A DNA stretch of 64,000 nucleotides, taken from NCBI RefSeq assembly GCF_018350175.1, contig NC_058381.1, forward strand, positions 2,480,001-2,544,000, read 5' to 3'. The notes under the pieces were generated by a model. It searched no databases and was not told where the DNA came from. It saw only the letters and a program-made list of their open reading frames with translations. How positions within the stretch are numbered: position 1 is the first letter of the stretch; every line of letters begins with the position of its first letter. This stretch comes from Felis catus. Lineage: Eukaryota. A program made the position numbers and the translations under genes. Below are positions 37,653 to 53,315 of the stretch, in pieces.

Positions 37653-40600
37653 ATGGTCATCCAGAAGGAGACGAAGAGCTGCGGGCAGGTGGTTGAGGAG
37701 TGGAAGGAGTTCGTGTGGAACCCGAGGACGCACCAGTTCATGGGCCGCACCGGGACCAGCTGGGGTACGCAGGGCGGGCCGCGCGCGGGGCGGGGCGGGG
37801 GTCCTCCGGGCGACGCCCCGGGGGGGCACCAGGTCCCGCGGGCTCGGCCCCGGTTCCCTTCCCGGGTCCCCGGCGTCCTGCCCTCCCCCCCCCCGCCCTG
37901 CCTGGCTCCGGCCTGGGAGGGGGCCGAATCGCCGGTCTAATCTCCCCGGCCGGCCGCTGCGGAGGCGGAGAAAGTAGGTCACTGCCGCCTTCCCGCCCCC
38001 CGCGGAGCCCCCTCGCGCGGGGGGTCGCGGGCTCTGCGCGCGTGTCCGCGCCGCGGCGCTGCCGCTCCCTCTCCGGGCAGGTCCGCTGCACACGGCCGCC
38101 CCCCCCTTCCCCAGAAGAGCGCCCCTTCCCTCCCTCTGGCTCTCACTAGCTCGCCAAGCCCGTCTATTTTTAGCTCGTGCCCATCCCCTGGACCCTGGGA
38201 ACATTCATGAGGGGGCGGGTCTTGGAGAGGTGGGGGGGACCGCGGGGGGGGGGGCTCTTCACAGCGGAAGTTGTCAGTATCCCGCTGCTGTTTGGAGCTT
38301 TCTCTGTGGCTGCTTTGTGGGTGGGGGGCTGTTGGAGAGGGGTGGCCCTGGGAGGTTTTGGAGGTTGGATGTTCGGCTCCGATGTCGCAGGCGGAGGGAG
38401 GAGTGGTCACCAGTGGTGAGACGTGCGCATACATCATCCGGCAGAGTGTCCAGACCTTCCCAACCCACAGCGGGACTGCGAGACTCGGGTGTAGAGGGAG
38501 TTGTCCCCAGGCGAGGGTCTGGTGCTGGGCTTGAGTGCAGGTGAAGGGTGGCTTTCTTCCAAAAGGGATTGTTAAGCTTGGGAGGTCAAGCATAGGGGAG
38601 CCTGTTGTGACACAACCTATGATTCCTCCACACCGGTTGAACACTGTCCCCATCAGCCCACCCACCAGGGCAGTCCTCGCCTTCAGGAAACTGGGGAGTC
38701 CAGTCCCTGGGGTGGAAGGGATCCGTGATAGCTCCGGGAAACCTGGAGAAGCTTCATGGGGACAGTGTCGTCTGAGATAGAAGGACGGGGGTTCCTGGGT
38801 GGTGGCAACAACAGACACTTAGGCTGAGGAGTGACGGGGTTACATGTCACATGCAGCAAGGACCTGCTCCCCGCCCGGAAGCCTCCGGGACATTCTACCT
38901 TTGCTCAGCCGCCTCCCCCCGGGTGCTGTGCGTGAACTGGGGGGTGGGGTGACCGCTGAAGGTTCGGGGCGGCTCTGAGAGATTTCATAGCTAGACGGCA
39001 GCTGCGTCCAAGGTGCCACTTCTGTGGGGCGCCTGGAGAGAGAAGAGTTTGCTGTCTGAACGTGAGGGTCCGCGCTCCGAGGGGCGGGGTGAGAGTTTGG
39101 TTGCGAATGGTGGCCAGGGCCAGCTTGGAAACTCATCGCGCCCGACAGCTTTAAGCACGAGGACCCATGAAGCAGTAACAGGTGCTGTGCCTCTGTAGGG
39201 CCGCGAATGGTTGACAAGTTGGGAACGGAATCTGATGCCGAATGACCGCGGCCTGTACTTGGGGTTGGGGCAGCAATGAGAAGTTAGGTCTCTTGCGGCC
39301 TCCACGAGGCTGGGCTTCACTATGGGACCGGAGGGGGCGGGGGGTCATGGCTGGACGCCAGACACCAGGGCCTGCTTCCAGCTCGTCTCATTTTGCTCTC
39401 CAGGGCAGGCTCTCAGATGTCCCCGAGACTCTGTGACCCGTCCGGGTGCAGAACGTCTGAGTGGGAGAGGGGTCTGCGGGGATAGGTGAGGTCATCTTGG
39501 AACCCGCTGACCCTGTTTCCTCCTCCCCAGCCTTTATCCTCCTCTTCTACCTCGTCTTCTATGGCTTCCTCACGGCCATGTTCACCCTCACCATGTGGGT
39601 CATGCTGCAGACGGTCTCTGACCATACCCCCAAGTACCAGGACCGACTGACCACACCGGGTGAGTGATGCGGCTTCTGATGACCCGGTTACCACGTGCGG
39701 GGAAGTCCTTGAAGTCTGCCTCCTTCCCGTTTCCCGCAGCTGAGAGCTTTGTGATCTGGGAAGGTGCTGTGGGGTCACAGGAGATCTCCCCCTGTCCCCA
39801 CCCCGTCCGTCACCCTGCTGCTCCCTGTGTCCGGCTTCCTCCCTCCGTGTGTGGTCCCTCGTCGGATATGCATACGTATACGTATATCCACTTGTCTGGT
39901 ACAGGCTTGATGATTCGCCCCAAGACTGAGAATCTTGATGTCATTGTCAACGTCAGTGACACTGAAAGCTGGGACCAACATGTTCAGAAGCTCAACAAGT
40001 TTTTGGAGCGTGAGTGAGGGGCCGCTGATGTGGCCGTGCAGGGGCTTGGGCAGGCGACCGGGGGACCCTGGAAGCAGAACACTGGCCCCGTGACTCTCTC
40101 TGTCTCTCTCCCCCACCTCCTTAGCTTACAACGATTCCATCCAAGCCCAGAAGAATGACGTCTGCCGCCCTGGGCGCTATTACGAACAGCCAGACAACGG
40201 AGTCCTCAACTACCCGAAGCGTGCCTGCCAGTTCAACCGGACCCAGCTGGGCGACTGCTCTGGCATCGGGGACCCGACCCACTATGGTTACAGCACCGGG
40301 CAGCCCTGTGTCTTCATCAAGATGAACCGGGTACGTGTGACCTTGGTCACCAGGGAGAATGAAGGAGGGGGCTGGGGTCATCATCTGCGGGCAGTTGCTT
40401 TTCACTGGGGCGATCTGGGGAGGTTTGAGCGGCTTCGAGAACCAGAGGCGTGGGGCCGTGGGAGGCCAGGTTCTGTGGAGGGGGGGAGGCTGGACACGTG
40501 TGTCTTCGCCACCTTGTTTCTCTAACTCCTCGTCCTCTCTCTTCATTCCAGGTCATCAACTTCTACGCGGGAGCGAATCAGAGCATGAATGTTACCTGTG

Positions 40601-41754
40601 TGGGGAAGGTGAGTTTGTGGGACCCTGTCCACCTGCCCGTCCTTTTGCCTTTCTTGGCCTGCACGTGATTCACTCGTGTCTTTCTGTCTCCCTTGCTGTC
40701 AGAGGCCCCGTCACTCTAGGGACAAGGGGGTAAGAGGGCGTGCCAGCGTGGCTCCAACTCCCAGGGGCTCCCACCACTCTTGCTTCTCTCTAGATGCTCT
40801 CGCGTGGATAGACACCCACCTCTCTGAGCCCACCCAAGCCCCGGCCTCTGCTTCTGTGCCTGACCCCTTCCACCTTCTCCAGTCCCTGATCACCGTGTCT
40901 TCCGCTCCCCCTCCCGTGTCTCACCTTGCTCTTTAGTTCTTTTTAGGTTTCTGGTAGTTAGGGCCACTCAGTTGTCCTGGGAACCCTGCGGCCCCCTTCT
41001 CTGTCCTCTCTAGAAACTTCCTGTCCCCCTTTACACACGCGCACACACACACCTCCCCTTCCTTCCGAGCCCTTACTCACTTATCTGTTCTCTCTTGGCT
41101 CTGCTTCAGAAACCGATTGCTGAGACCGGGGTAAGAAGGTGGTGTGGGAGGATGAGTGGGCGGCTCCAGGGTCATTAACACCCTTCAGGACTTCCCAGTC
41201 TGACGGAGAGACAGGACAGCCCCTCCTGCGCACATGCACACACAGACTCACAGCCCAAGGGAAGCAGATTGGAGCCAGAAATCACTTGGGGCGAAGGAAG
41301 AGTAGAGGGCAGTCTGGAGAGCTTCTGGGTTCCTGCCGCCCCTAACCCGCTCTCCCCCTACCCTCCTGCTCCCCCACAGCGGGACGAAGATGCTGAGAAC
41401 CTCGGCCACTTTGTCATGTTCCCTGCCAACGGCAGCATCGACCTCATGTACTTCCCTTACTATGGCAAAAAGTTCCACGTAAGTTTCGTGGGAGGCCCGG
41501 CCCTGTGGCTCCCCCCGGGGAGCGGGGTCCTGGGGGAGGAGGCTGGAGTTGCCAAGGGCCTGGACCTGTGCTCTCCTCCTCTGGCCCAGGTGAACTACAC
41601 GCAGCCCCTGGTGGCCGTGAAGTTCCTGAACGTGACCCCCAATGTGGAGGTGAACGTAGAATGCCGGATCAATGCCGCCAACATCGCCACAGACGATGAG
41701 CGGGACAAGTTCGCGGGCCGCGTGGCCTTCAAACTCCGCATCAACAAAACCTGA
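37653..41754 (+). CDS. ATP1B2: Na+/K+-ATPase beta-2 subunit (AMOG), 290 aa, 7 constitutive exons
   Basis: Exons 37653-37764 ([37 protein letters not shown]), 39531-39659 (TM helix), 39905-40009, 40125-40330, 40552-40608, 41380-41478, 41590-41754 (...FKLRINKT*). Total 873 nt. Confidence 0.98.
40703..40729 (+). CDS. ATP1B2: Putative 27-nt alternative microexon of ATP1B2 (RPRHSRDKG)
   Basis: tctttctgtctcccttgctgtcag | exon | GTAAGA; phase 0-0, no stop. Confidence 0.65.
41110..41130 (+). CDS. ATP1B2: Putative 21-nt alternative microexon of ATP1B2 (KPIAETG)
   Basis: tctctcttggctctgcttcag | exon | GTAAGA; phase 0-0, no stop. Confidence 0.65.
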
Positions 41755-43899
41755 GGCCCCTTCCTCCTGCCCCCACCTCTTTCCTATGGATGCCTCTGGA
41801 ATGTCCCTGACCCTGCCTGATCCCTCCCTCACCCGCCCCAAAGGTATTTTTTATAACAGAGCTATGACTTGTTTGAGCCTCACGCCCCTTTTCTTTACTT
41901 GTGAACCCAGCCTGATGGCCATTGTGGTCCCCTGACTTCCCTCCCGTCTCCACCCTCCCCTCCGGCTTCCAGCTCCGTCAGAGGCAGGGAGGCAGGATCC
42001 CAGGGAGGCCGGCCGAGGAGTTGGGGGCCGTTCTCGTTCTGGTTTAGCTGTGAGTGGGGTGTCTCCACCCCTGCTGTCCCCAGAGAGCAATAGAAGATGC
42101 CTGCCTGCCCGCCCACCTTCCCACCTGCCCACCTTCGCACCTGCCTTCACCTTCATCCACCTCCCCCCCGCGCCCCCCCCCCCCCCACATCTCCTTCCAT
42201 CCCCGGTTTGCAGACACGAACGTGGCCCTCCATTCACCTTCCTCTGTCTCTCCCACGCTTTCTGCCTCATCGACACCGTCACCGTCTCGGTGGCTTCTGA
42301 CTTTATCCGGCTCCTCCGGCGTCGGCAGGGGTGTCCCCATGTCCTCTCCATCCCCGTTCCCTCCTCTGAACGACAGCTGTCTGTAACTGAGGACGAGGTG
42401 GCTCGGTGGCCTTTTCCCTGCCTTCTGGCACATTTTTCTCCTCACCCTGCGGTGACTGGCGCGAGCTGGGGACAAGGGTCTGGAAGAGGAGTCCCTGTTG
42501 GTTCTTCTTGAAAGTTCTCTTCCTGTCACCCAAACAGGCACTCCTCGGAGGGATGGGGTTGACCTAGGCTGAACGTCCACTTTGTTTTTTTGCCGCCGCC
42601 GACGGCTTACTGTCTCCCTGTTTGTTTTCCCAGAATATCCTTCAAGTTCCCTTTCCCCAGAGCGCTGGGGGAGGGCAGCCATTTTGGCTGGGTCCCCAGT
42701 GGCCACCTTGGAAACGTCAGCTGGCTGTGGGACTGTTTCACCTCCTTCCCCTGGGCCCGGAGCCACCCCCCTCTCCTCCCTCTGGCTTCTCTTAGCACGT
42801 TATCAACTAATCACTAGCTCCTCCCCTCTCCTCTGCCTCTCGGCCTAAACGCTGCCAATAGCCCCCCAGTCTAGGCTCTGAACTTCTCGGCCCATCTCCT
42901 TCGGGACCCCTTGGCGTTTTTAAACGACCCCGTAGTGCCCATAGAATGTCACATGAGGGGCCTCTGGTGTTCTTGAGTGATCGTGCCCTTCATTTCTGCC
43001 CTCTCTAACTCCCCATTTCTTTTCTGACCCTGCAGCCTCCACACCGCCCCCCCCCTTCAGATGGACCCTTCCCTCCTCCCCTCTCACTGGATCTGAGTCT
43101 CTTCCCTTGGGGTCCCCCATGTTTTCCTGCATTCCCCTCGCCCCAGTGGTCTCTCTCTGCAGTTATTTAATGCCTGTGTCAGATCTACTGTAAAAAGAGG
43201 ATAAAGTACAATAGAATGAGAGCAATTATATATATAAATATATATCACACACGGAACCCTGCGTGTGGGTTGTTCCTTTCTGAGCATTCGGAAGAGCTCT
43301 GGGAAGGGGAGGGAGGCGATCTGGGTGATTTGGGGGTCGCCTGGGCCTCGGGGGTCCTGCTTCCCAGCTTTGACTTCATCCAGTGTCCAAACGTCTACCT
43401 TCCAGATCGCTCCTTCTTTCATACTGTCTTTGAGACGGCCCAGAGCAAGAGAGGCAGGAAGCCTACATCCCTTTGTGGGGCGATACTTACGAAGTGCCTA
43501 CTGTGTGCATTCTAGGCGCCGTGAAGATACACTTATGAAAGAGACAGACTTCCTGCTCCCAAGGAGCTCCCCAGTTTAACGGGAGAGGTGAGGAACACAC
43601 GAGAAACTCTCCTGCCAGGTAGACCTAAACGTGCCTCCAGGGAGGGGAGAAAGCCAGTGAGGAGAATATTCAGAGCGGTCAACGGGCTTTCTTTCTACTC
43701 CGGGGCTTCCAATGGCAGGTTTCTTAGAGCCTTAAAGGGTGGGGTGGTTGGGGAGAGAGAACAGCCTCAGCAAATGCCCTGGGACATGGGGAAAGTGGAC
43801 CGAAGAAACAGATCTCAAAAAACAATGTGAACCGTTAGGACCCTGATTGGGGGTGAAAGTATACACACAAGCGTAGGAAAAAAAAAAAAACAAAACAAA

Positions 43900-46800
43900 G
43901 GGACGGACAGGTGCACAGAACGGTGTTTACTGTGACATACGTGGATGGGTTTAGAGCTACTTTTTATTTTCTTGGGCTTTATTTTTGTTGGTTTGCTTGC
44001 AACGAGTTACGATTTGCCTTGCAAGATAGCTTTATTGCACAAGCATCCGTATACACGATTTCATCACGAATGAGTTGTATACGCACACGCGAATGCACGC
44101 GCACAACCTGCTGGGGTTTGCTCGTTATCATGCCGGAACTGGATCCCATCAGACCCACTTTTGTGCATTTCACTGTTTTTCACTCAATGAATTTTCTTGT
44201 GCCGTTATGTCACCTGGTAGAGCTCGGATGCATATATTTATTGATTTATTTAATTTATTAAAAGTTTTTTCAATGTTTATTTTTGAGAGAGACAGAGACA
44301 GAACGCGAGTGGGTGAGGGGCGGAGAGAGAGGGAGACACAGAATCCAAAGCAGGCCCCAGGCTCCCAGCTGTCAGCACCCGGAGCCCGACGCGGGGCTCG
44401 AACTCACAAGCTGTGAGATCATGACCTGAGCCGAAGTCGGACACTCAACCGGCTGAGCCACCGGGGCGCCCCTGCATATATATTTTTTAGATGGCTGCAT
44501 GGTATTTTTTTCCCGTTGGGTCATTCTTCCTTGAATCTGTTCAAGCTCCTTGATAGCTACAGATAGAAACTGTTTTCTGCATTGCAAAATTCTGCCCTGC
44601 CCCCCTGCCCTAAGCAGTGCTTGCCTTTGTTAAAAAGTGTTAGGTCTTCCTTCACATGTCTAGTTTTTTTGTAGTTTCTGGGCATCCAGTCACTAGAGTC
44701 ATATGCCTATTATCCAGATTTCTGTGGGTGTTGGCGGGGGGCGGGGGGAGACTGGATTTTAATTTCATTAAAATTTTTATTTTCCCTTCAATTCCCCTGA
44801 TCTTTATTTCTTTTTACGTGTGGTGTAATTCAGAGTTTTACTTTTTAGTTTTCTCAACCTCACTTTACTTTTAAAAAAATCTAGGGAGCCTGGCAGGCTT
44901 AGTTGGTAGGACGTGTGGTTCTTGACCTTGGGGTTGGTGAGTTTGAGCCAAATGTTGGGCATAGAGTTTAGTCAATAAGAAAACTATTTATTTATTTATT
45001 ATTATTTAGAAATCTTTTTTTTTAAGTTTATTTACTTATTTTAAGAGAGAGAGCATGGCGGTGGGTAGAGAGAGAGGAGAGAGGGAATCCCAAGCAGGCT
45101 CTGTATTGACCGTGCAGAGCCCAATGTGGGGCTTGAACTCATGAACTGTGAGATCATGACCTGAGCTGAAGTCGTATGCTCAACTGACTCAGCCATCCAG
45201 GAGCTCCAAGGGGAAAAAAAAAATTTTTTTTGAATGTTTATCATTTATTTTGAAAGAGAGAGAGACAGGGGAGTGAGCACGGGAGGGGCAGAGAGGGAAG
45301 GAGAGAGAGAATCCTAAGCAGGGTCCACAGTATCAGCACTGAGCCCGATGCGGGGCTCAAACTCATGAACTGTGAGATCACAACCTGAGCCGAAATCGAG
45401 AGCCAGACTCTCAACCAACGGAGCCATGCAGGTGCCCCATACGCCAAGCTATATTCATTTGATTTCGGTCATTTTAAGTGTGTTTTCTGTTACCTAGGAA
45501 AGTAAGTAGGTTTCCCTCCATCCTTTTTTTTTTTTTTTTTTTTTAAGTAATCTCTACATCCGACACAGGGCTCAAACTCATGACCCCGAGATGTTTAAAA
45601 CATTTATTTATTTACTTTTTAAAAAGGTAATCTCCATGCCCAACATGGGCTTGAACTCATGACCCTGAGGTCAAGTGATCGTGCTGTTCTGAGCCAGCCT
45701 GGTTCCCCTCTCTGTGACTTTTTGAGAAGATAAAAAATATTTATCTACTATCTACCTGATTAAATTCTAACTCCAAGAGTTGTTTATTATGGTCTCTAGA
45801 GTGCTTAGGCGCATGGTCCTATGATCAAAAAGGCAAAGAGATACTTAACCAGTGTTGTTTTCTTTTTTTCTTTGATCCTCTTGAATGCATTATAACATTG
45901 GCCGTGTGCATCCCTGTATGGTTCTTTAATCGAAATTCTCTTAGTGTTTAGCCATTAGGATATCTCCTTGTATTCTTAATTTTTTTTGAAGCAATGGATG
46001 CTGACATTTAATCAAATTCCTTTCAGCATTTCTCGACAGGATCATATTTTTCTTCCTTAATTTGTTAACGTCACGAATTATGTTGATAGCTTTCTCTACA
46101 AAATCAACTTTGTGCCCCCGGAGTGAACCTTTACTTACGGCGTTAATCTTCTTTTAATTCATCAATGTATTCTGATACTATGTTGAGAGTTTTGCTTCTA
46201 AGTTGATTTAGCTTCTAGGTTTTTACAGTCTTTATTATCAGGTTTTATATTAATGAAACCACAACTTTACATAAATTGGAGATTTCATTCTTTTCCTGTG
46301 GCACAGAATAGTTTAAGTTGCATTGGACCAATCAATGGTCCTTGCTGTGTTTTCAACAAGCCCTTGAGTTTTTTAAAATTATTATTATTTCATTTTTAAG
46401 TAAACTCTATGCCCAACGTGGGGCTCGAACTCATAACCCCAAGATCAAGAGTCACATGTTCTGACTGAGCCAGCCAGGTGCCCCTTCTTTTCCTATTATA
46501 AATTTATCTTTTTTCTGAACTCCTGCTTTTCGGGGTGCCTGGATGGCTCAGTTAGTTGAGCCTCCAACTCCAGCTCAGGTCATGATCTTTCTTGCATTCT
46601 GTGAGTTCCAGCCCCGCGTCAGGCTCTATGCCGACAGCTCAGAGCCTGGAGCCTGCTTCGGCTTCTGTGTCTCCCTCTCTTCCTGCCCCTCCCCCCTCAC
46701 GCTCTTTCTCTCAAAAATAAAATAAAAACATAAAAAAAAATAACCTCCTCCTTTTGGATTTTACCCTTTCAACCAAGTTTGCTTTCTTTTTCAACAATTT

Positions 46801-47050
46801 GTATCATTTTTAGGATGCATGCTGGGTTCCTTTGGTTTCTCTTTCTCCTTTTTTAGTATTTATTTATTTTTGAGAGAGACAGAGCGTGAGCAGGGGAGGG
46901 GCAGAGAGAGAAGGAGACACAGAATCGGAAGCAGGCTCCAGGCTCCCAGCTGTCAGCACAGAGCTCGATGCGGGGCTCGAACTCACAAACCGTGAGATCA
47001 TGACCTGAGCCGAAGTTGGACGCTTAACCGAGTGAGCCACCCAGGCTTCC
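43900..47050. mobile_element. Old antisense L1 fragments interrupted by about 8 CanSINEs between ATP1B2 and TP53
   Basis: T-rich L1-antisense-like sequence; SINEs at ~44265-44471 (-), 45015-45207 (-), 45225-45438 (-), 46385-46484 (-), 46532-46740 (+), 46850-47050 (-). Confidence 0.75.
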
Positions 47051-48620
47051 CAAGAAATATCCCAAATCCCAGTGGTACAGGGCTTGGGCTCTGAACTTGA
47101 GAGCCGGGGCCACGTCTGCCATGGGCCCCCACGTTCTAGAACAGAGCCAGGCAGAGGAAGGCACCGGTGAGTGCCTGTAGCCTAGACAGATGCCTGGATG
47201 AACGCGAGGGAAGGAAGGCAGGTAGGACCAGAGAGTCAGGGACCCAGTGACCTGTGGTCACCTCTGCCCATCGCAGAGTTGGCCTGCGAACCCAGCCTTG
47301 TTCCCAGCCCAGTGATCTATCGGCTCACGGGGGTTTGGGCAGAGCCGGATCGGATCTGCTTTCTGAAGGAGCAGAGCAGAAATGGACCCGGTCCCATTGC
47401 TGGGGACGCAGTCTAGGGAGATGCGAGTCAGGGGTGCCGGGTGCTGGTCAGAAGGCATTTTCAAGGTGACCCGTCTGGAGGAGTGAGGAGAGGGAAGAAG
47501 TTTCGAGAGCGCTGGTTTGCCAAGGCCCCGGAGGGTGGGGAGAGATGGTGAAGCTTCAGGTCTCTGAAGGAGATGGTTCCAGGTCTCCCGGGGAGCGTTT
47601 GGCGTTCCCCGGCGAGAGAAAGAGAAAGAAGGTGGTCTTGAGGCCAGGGGGGCTGGTGGGTGCACGGCCATCTGGGACCCTTGGGGCAGGTCACGCCACT
47701 CCCCGCCTGGTTGAGGAAGCTGAGAGGACGCTGGCCCCAGAACCCTCTCTGGACCTTAGCACCCCTCCCTCTGCCTCCAGGGAGGAGGTGGGCCAAGCCA
47801 TGTCCCCAGTGTCTGGCCGCCCCTCCAAGCGCTGGCTCTGGCAGCAGTGGGTGATGGAGAGAGCTCCCCCCCCCCAGCCCCCCTCCCTGGGAGCCAGCAG
47901 CACCGAGGAACAGGACAGGCGGGGGAGCAGAGCTCCCCAACCTCAGCTCTCCTCCCTACCCCCAGAAGCCCTTTGAGGTTTTCCTGGCAGAGTTTAAAGC
48001 TTCAATTCATTGAATTGCCTGGCCTGAGGCCCAGGATGAGGGGATGCCGGGAAGGCCCCAGCCCCGCACCCCGGCCCTCACCTTAGCCGCCCCCACTTTC
48101 CTGGGACCCTGGCTGGCAGGCCTCCCCGGCTGTCTTCATCCAACGGCACCCACCATCTTCCTCCTCGGGGACCCAGGTATCCTGCCCCTTTCTCGTGAGC
48201 AGATGGCCACCCCAGAGGCTCAGGCTTGCTAAATCAGACATTTAAATCCCATAATCCTTGGTGAGAGGCTGACAGAGGGGGGCAGCAGCCCAATCCTCGA
48301 AGCAGGGGCAGGAGAGAACCTTGTGCCAGCCCTGGTAGGGCAGGGGGGCGGGGGAGGAGGGACAGTTGGTTCCCGAGTTATGAATGGAGTCCCCCCCTCC
48401 CTTGTTGTCATGCAGCCCGCAGACTGACCCAGTCTCCAGCTTTTGTTCTCCTCCCGGAACCCCGGCGTGGCACCCCCCCTTCCCCCCCCCAGCCCCCACT
48501 CCCCGGGACACTCAGGTGGCTGCCTCCCAACATCACCTCCTGACTCGCCCCTGCGGCCCGGCAGGCCCCACGCAGCCTCCACGGGCACCCGCCCCTCAGA
48601 CACACAGGTGTTAGCAAAAT

Positions 48621-48626
48621 TTTATT
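48621..48626 (-). terminator. TP53: TP53 poly(A) signal AATAAA
   Basis: Minus strand ...tattttacAATAAAattttgctaacacctgtgtgtctgagggg, with a GU-rich downstream element. Confidence 0.88.
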
Positions 48627-49482
48627 GTAAAATACGAAACCGATATAAAAAGGGGATATAAAAAGGGGAGAGGGGGAAGGGTGTGGGGAAATACGCAGAT
48701 GTGCCTCCAAGAGTGCAAAAGAAATTGATCCTGAGGAGTCGGGGGCAGGGAACAGACCTTGATAGATACAGATCCTACACCAGGGATCGGATCCCTCGCG
48801 GGCGTAGGACAGAGTCAGACTTCCTTTTAGGAAGTGAGGTTCGGCGAGAGGGAAGACAGGATTCGGCCGGGCCAGCAAGGAGGGGACCCCTGACCAGCTG
48901 TCCCGGTCGTAGGAACTTGATCATCCCATCCACCAACAGGGACGTTAGGGAATCAGCACCCGTGAAGGCACCAAGTCTCAGACATCGTGTAATAAAACAA
49001 CTGTTTGGGGGCAAGACGTGTATCATTTCATTAACCCTCACAACAAACACCGTGAGGTAGGTATGGTTATTAGCATTTCATAAAAATGGACAATAAAATC
49101 GGGACAAGTTCAATAGCTGGTTAAAATGGTAGAGAACTGGGCTTGCGGCCCAGCGTATGATTGGTTCTAGAATGCTCTTTATAGGCAGGAACATTCTCCT
49201 ACCTCCCTCACGGTTCCTCATAGTAAAAAATCCTAAAAAACTCGGTTGGAAGGTCCCACCTCCCCCTACTAACCAACTACGTAGGCCAACTTTGTTAGCA
49301 GAGCCTTAGGCTAAGGTAAGTGGAAAATTTCATGGTGTTTCCGAGGCATACCTGTACCAAGCAGGGGAACAGACCAAGCTTGTGTGTTCAAGCTCCCAAG
49401 TCCCAAAAATGCCAGGGAAGGAGGACAAGGGTGAGGGTGTCAGTTGGGGCGGGGGGGGGGGGGGACCGGAAGCAGAAGGACA

Positions 49483-52809
<3,327 letters not shown>

Positions 52810-53159
52810 TGTGGCCCCTGGGAGGACAGTGCGGCCGCTGTGGAGGGAAGGAGGGTCCGGCATGAGACACACCCAACCCCGGGGTCCCCCGTCTTCCCGG
52901 GAACAGGGCTGCCCCTGCCCCACCCTTTGCCAGCCCCTGGCACATGTCCTCCAGACACAAAGGTACCCAGAGAGGGAATCCCAACCTTCCCACCACTGAA
53001 CCCACGAGCCTTCGTGGAAGGGTACCCTACTTCTGTTCTCTTTCCTGTTAAGAAGGATGAAATGACTGTCAGCCACTCCCTCCACCTGGGGGACGATCCC
53101 TCCATGGACCCCTGACATTCCCCGCCAGATCCCTTCATCACAAAGCCTTCTTTCTTTGT

Positions 53160-53315
53160 TGTTTTTTTTAATGCTTATTTATTTCTGAAGGAGAGAGGGA
53201 CAGAGCGTGAGCAGGGGAGGGGCAGAGAGAGAAGGACACAGAATCCAGAGCAGGCTCCAAGTTCTGAGCTGTCAGCACAGAGCCCGACGCGGGGCTCGAA
53301 CTCACGAACTGTGAG
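53160..53315 (-). mobile_element. CanSINE fragment in TP53 intron 1
   Basis: Reverse SINE 3' half with poly-T. Confidence 0.85.

Noticed and set aside
36608-37750. 380-aa minus-strand ORF over the ATP1B2 promoter
   Set aside because: Low-complexity Arg/Gly/Pro product typical of CpG islands; no coding signature
39866-39887. Alternating purine-pyrimidine palindrome (atacgtatacgtat) near the ATP1B2 exon 3 acceptor
   Set aside because: Short and AT-rich, so poor Z-DNA potential; most likely simple-repeat drift
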